Shown one piece after another: positions 23,370-25,272 of a stretch of 25,272 nt of DNA; the first letter of the stretch is position 1, and each line of letters opens with the position of its first letter. The position numbers and the translations under genes are program-made. Below the pieces are notes generated by a model. The model searched no databases. It had not been told where the DNA came from and saw nothing but the letters and a program-made list of their open reading frames with translations. Source of the DNA: a virus (taxonomy: Duplodnaviria > Caudoviricetes); IMG/VR virus record IMGVR_UViG_3300002307_000214, positions 1 through 25,272 of that record. The stretch is one strand, 5' to 3'.

Positions 23370-25272
23370 TAGAACTCTTTATTAAAAATTTGTGGTGTTG
23401 TATTTACAGCAGGATCATTAGTAACAGTAGTTGGTGTCCCGGCTCCGGCTGCTATGATTGCAGGTCCAAACTTCTTCTGTGCAAGAATATCTGCTTGCTG
23501 CTGAGAATATACTTGTGCAGCGGTTGCAATATTATTTCTTTCTGCCTGTTCAACACGTCCGCCTGGATTATTTCTTCTGGCTTGTGCTATTAACTGTTCT
23601 TCTTTTGTAGCATAAATTGCTTGCTGTGATTGATTCTTGTATGTGTTATAGGCTTGATATCCGGCTGGATCTTTTTGTGCAAATACACCGGGATTAAATG
23701 TAGCAGGGGTGGTTGATGTTCCTGCATTGGCGTTTCCAACTGCTTGCCCATTTGATGTAGGTGCTGCTGCAGGAGGTATAGGTAAAGGCACGCCATGATT
23801 TTGTTGATCGACAACATTGCGAGAACCAGTCACAGGTTCTAATTTAGTTCGGCGACTATTAAGTCCGGTATTAATATCTCCCGGTACTGCATTTGGATCA
23901 GCTACTCTGCCTTTGGGTTTTCTGGTAACGCTAAATGCTGTATTAGCAGATGGTGTTCCTGGTGGCCCAGTAATGATAGTGCCGTTGTTGGTCCTAGTCT
24001 CAACAACTCTATCTGGTTTAATCTGATTTACAGGGAAGGTAACTAGTACACCTTGCAGATCTTGCGTGAATTTGCCTTTGGAGAACATACTGCTAATATT
24101 AATAGCTCTAAAAATATTACTCTGAGTAGGCTTGTTTGGATCTGGAGCTGTTTTATTAGTTGGGTCACTTTGATTTGCTGCTGATACAACAGCGTTGGCA
24201 CGATCAACCTTCTGATAAGGAGTTTGTATACCGGTATTCAAGTCATAGTCAGCCGGCTTGTTCCAACCTATTTCAAACATAGGCTCTCCTGCTTCACCAT
24301 TGATAGTTCCATCTGGCAGGAAAGGGTCGTAGCTAAATGTTGTTCCAGCAACTCCAGACCACACTTCGCCCTGTGCTATCCAAGCAGGGTCACCTAAAAT
24401 TGTCAATTTGACTCGGCTCAAATCAGTAGGGCTGTACAGTTCAGTTGCCGCGTTAGCCGAAGGTTCGTTTACTTTACCATCTGACCCTTGGTCACCTTCA
24501 TTGCTGCGTGTTTGGAAAGAACGTTTTTCAACTTCTCTGAAGTCGCTGGGATTTTGTTGCAGCATTTGTTCGCTGTTGACAATGTTATAGTACAATGCAT
24601 TGAAGTCTTGATCGTAGTTTAATATTTGTGTATTTGCACCTGTGAACCAATAGAAGTACTGTTTGTGTGTTCCGCGAAATTTGCCACGAGGGAAATAAGG
24701 ACTTTTTAAATCAGCAACAAGAAACGGACTTATCTGATACGTAATCTTGTATGCATAGTCATTGCGTTTGAAATCGTATCCCTTGGGTTCTACCTGTATA
24801 CCAATTCTATACCAACCTACTACTCCCAAGGGATTGGCCTGTGGCACCATTTTATCAGAACTAGGATCGTATATTTGAGTTTGCTGATCGTAGATGTATG
24901 TACTAGAACGAATTGTTTTATCTAGAAACTGCAATAATGTTGTGCCAGCAGTGGCACTGATCTTTTTAGAATTAGTGCCCATACTGCCTTTGTTGGGATT
25001 TTTGGCAGCAGCAGCATTAGATGGTGTTGGATTAGAAGTTTTAGCTTTGTCAATTGACCCTGGCGGTACAGTAGATGCGTCACCAAGTACAGGATCACTA
25101 AATTGAACATCGTATTCATTGGCTATTTCAAAGATGCCGTCCTCGACATGCTCTTTTTCGTATTTGTTAATGGCATCAACAAGACCATTGGTAATTGTAG
25201 TGCTCGGGGCAGATCCTGCCTTGGGTGGAGCAGAGCCAGAACCTGAGGTTGTGGTTGTGGATGAACTGGCTT
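23369..25272 (-). CDS. Baseplate hub protein (gp27/gpD/Mu gp44-like), 5'-truncated, >=633 aa
   Basis: The frame of the tracked 537-aa ORF stays open for 96 further codons to the window edge (..GLVDAINKYEKEHVEDGIFEIANEYDVQFSDP..), so Met 24982 is internal. Hub-type C-terminal barrel motifs are KLTILGDPAWI and FRAINISSMFSKGKFTQDLQG. It lies directly upstream of, and is TAATG-coupled to, the spike gene. Confidence 0.75.
   Translation of the reverse strand, partial: ASSSTTTTSGSGSAPPKAGSAPSTTITNGLVDAINKYEKEHVEDGIFEIANEYDVQFSDPVLGDASTVPPGSIDKAKTSNPTPSNAAAAKNPNKGSMGTNSKKISATAGTTLLQFLDKTIRSSTYIYDQQTQIYDPSSDKMVPQANPLGVVGWYRIGIQVEPKGYDFKRNDYAYKITYQISPFLVADLKSPYFPRGKFRGTHKQYFYWFTGANTQILNYDQDFNALYYNIVNSEQMLQQNPSDFREVEKRSFQTRSNEGDQGSDGKVNEPSANAATELYSPTDLSRVKLTILGDPAWIAQGEVWSGVAGTTFSYDPFLPDGTINGEAGEPMFEIGWNKPADYDLNTGIQTPYQKVDRANAVVSAANQSDPTNKTAPDPNKPTQSNIFRAINISSMFSKGKFTQDLQGVLVTFPVNQIKPDRVVETRTNNGTIITGPPGTPSANTAFSVTRKPKGRVADPNAVPGDINTGLNSRRTKLEPVTGSRNVVDQQNHGVPLPIPPAAAPTSNGQAVGNANAGTSTTPATFNPGVFAQKDPAGYQAYNTYKNQSQQAIYATKEEQLIAQARRNNPGGRVEQAERNNIATAAQVYSQQQADILAQKKFGPAIIAAGAGTPTTVTNDPAVNTTPQIFNKEF

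Larger units (their letters stand above)
1..25272 (-). mobile_element. Segment of a large (probably jumbo) myovirus genome: baseplate/tail-fibre late gene module
   Basis: Nine tightly packed co-oriented CDSs in the order hub, gp5-like spike, gp25-like, gp6-like, giant wedge protein, fibre genes. Stop/start overlaps are TAATG at 23369 and 17210 and ATGA at 3082-3085. T4-late-like ATAAATA boxes sit in intergenic gaps, and there are no cellular genes. 'Jumbo' is inferred from the oversized gp6 and the 4652-aa protein. Confidence 0.9.

Noticed and set aside
21370-23480. Shared pentapeptide KFGPA in both hub and spike C-terminal extensions
   Set aside because: Only five identical residues with no convincing flanking similarity, so it is plausibly chance.
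628-25119. All remaining short (60-125 aa) plus-strand and alternate-frame minus-strand ORFs in the track
   Set aside because: All overlap long, motif-supported minus-strand genes over essentially their whole length. Most begin at GTG/TTG-type starts and lack coding hallmarks.
1-25272. Bacterial extracellular contractile injection system (eCIS/tailocin) or T6SS instead of phage
   Set aside because: Hub, spike, gp25 and baseplate J are shared with eCIS. However, the T4-late-type ATAAATA boxes, T4 gp6-like N-terminus, phage-type fibre genes and absence of any Afp/Tss accessory or host genes favour a lytic phage. This cannot be fully excluded without flanking sequence.
1-25272. CRISPR array, tRNA/rRNA, or diversity-generating retroelement TR/VR pair
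   Set aside because: There are no intergenic gaps longer than ~50 nt once the micro-ORF is included. I saw no spaced direct repeats, no reverse transcriptase, and no ~100-bp near-duplicate differing at adenines by eye. A self-BLAST would be needed to exclude the last rigorously.

Overview
The window is a gene-dense, entirely minus-strand virion tail/baseplate module of a large contractile-tailed dsDNA phage. The architecture resembles jumbo myoviruses of the Rak2/GAP32 type and their uncultured relatives; this is judged from motifs and gene order, not from a database search. In transcription order (right to left) it encodes: a 5'-truncated baseplate hub protein (>=633 aa), a gp5/VgrG-like central spike with a long C-terminal extension (752 aa), a gp25-like wedge protein (124 aa), a gp6-like wedge protein (1154 aa), a giant 4652-aa multidomain wedge/adhesin-like protein, a ~50-aa ORF missed by the ORF track, a 201-aa baseplate/fibre adaptor, a 450-aa fibre-like protein with a putative autocleaving chaperone domain, and a 3'-truncated structural protein (>=352 aa, also missed by the track) that runs into a glycine-rich domain. 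Short intergenic gaps carry T4-late-promoter-like (A)TAAATA boxes. I saw no RNA genes, CRISPR arrays, IS elements or host genes. The most notable observations are a spike-tip cargo domain that looks like a catalytically dead lysozyme fold, a split seven-bladed FG-GAP propeller in the giant protein, a micro-protein that duplicates the N-terminus of its neighbour, a 12-bp-period triple late-promoter array, and probable leaderless late transcripts.
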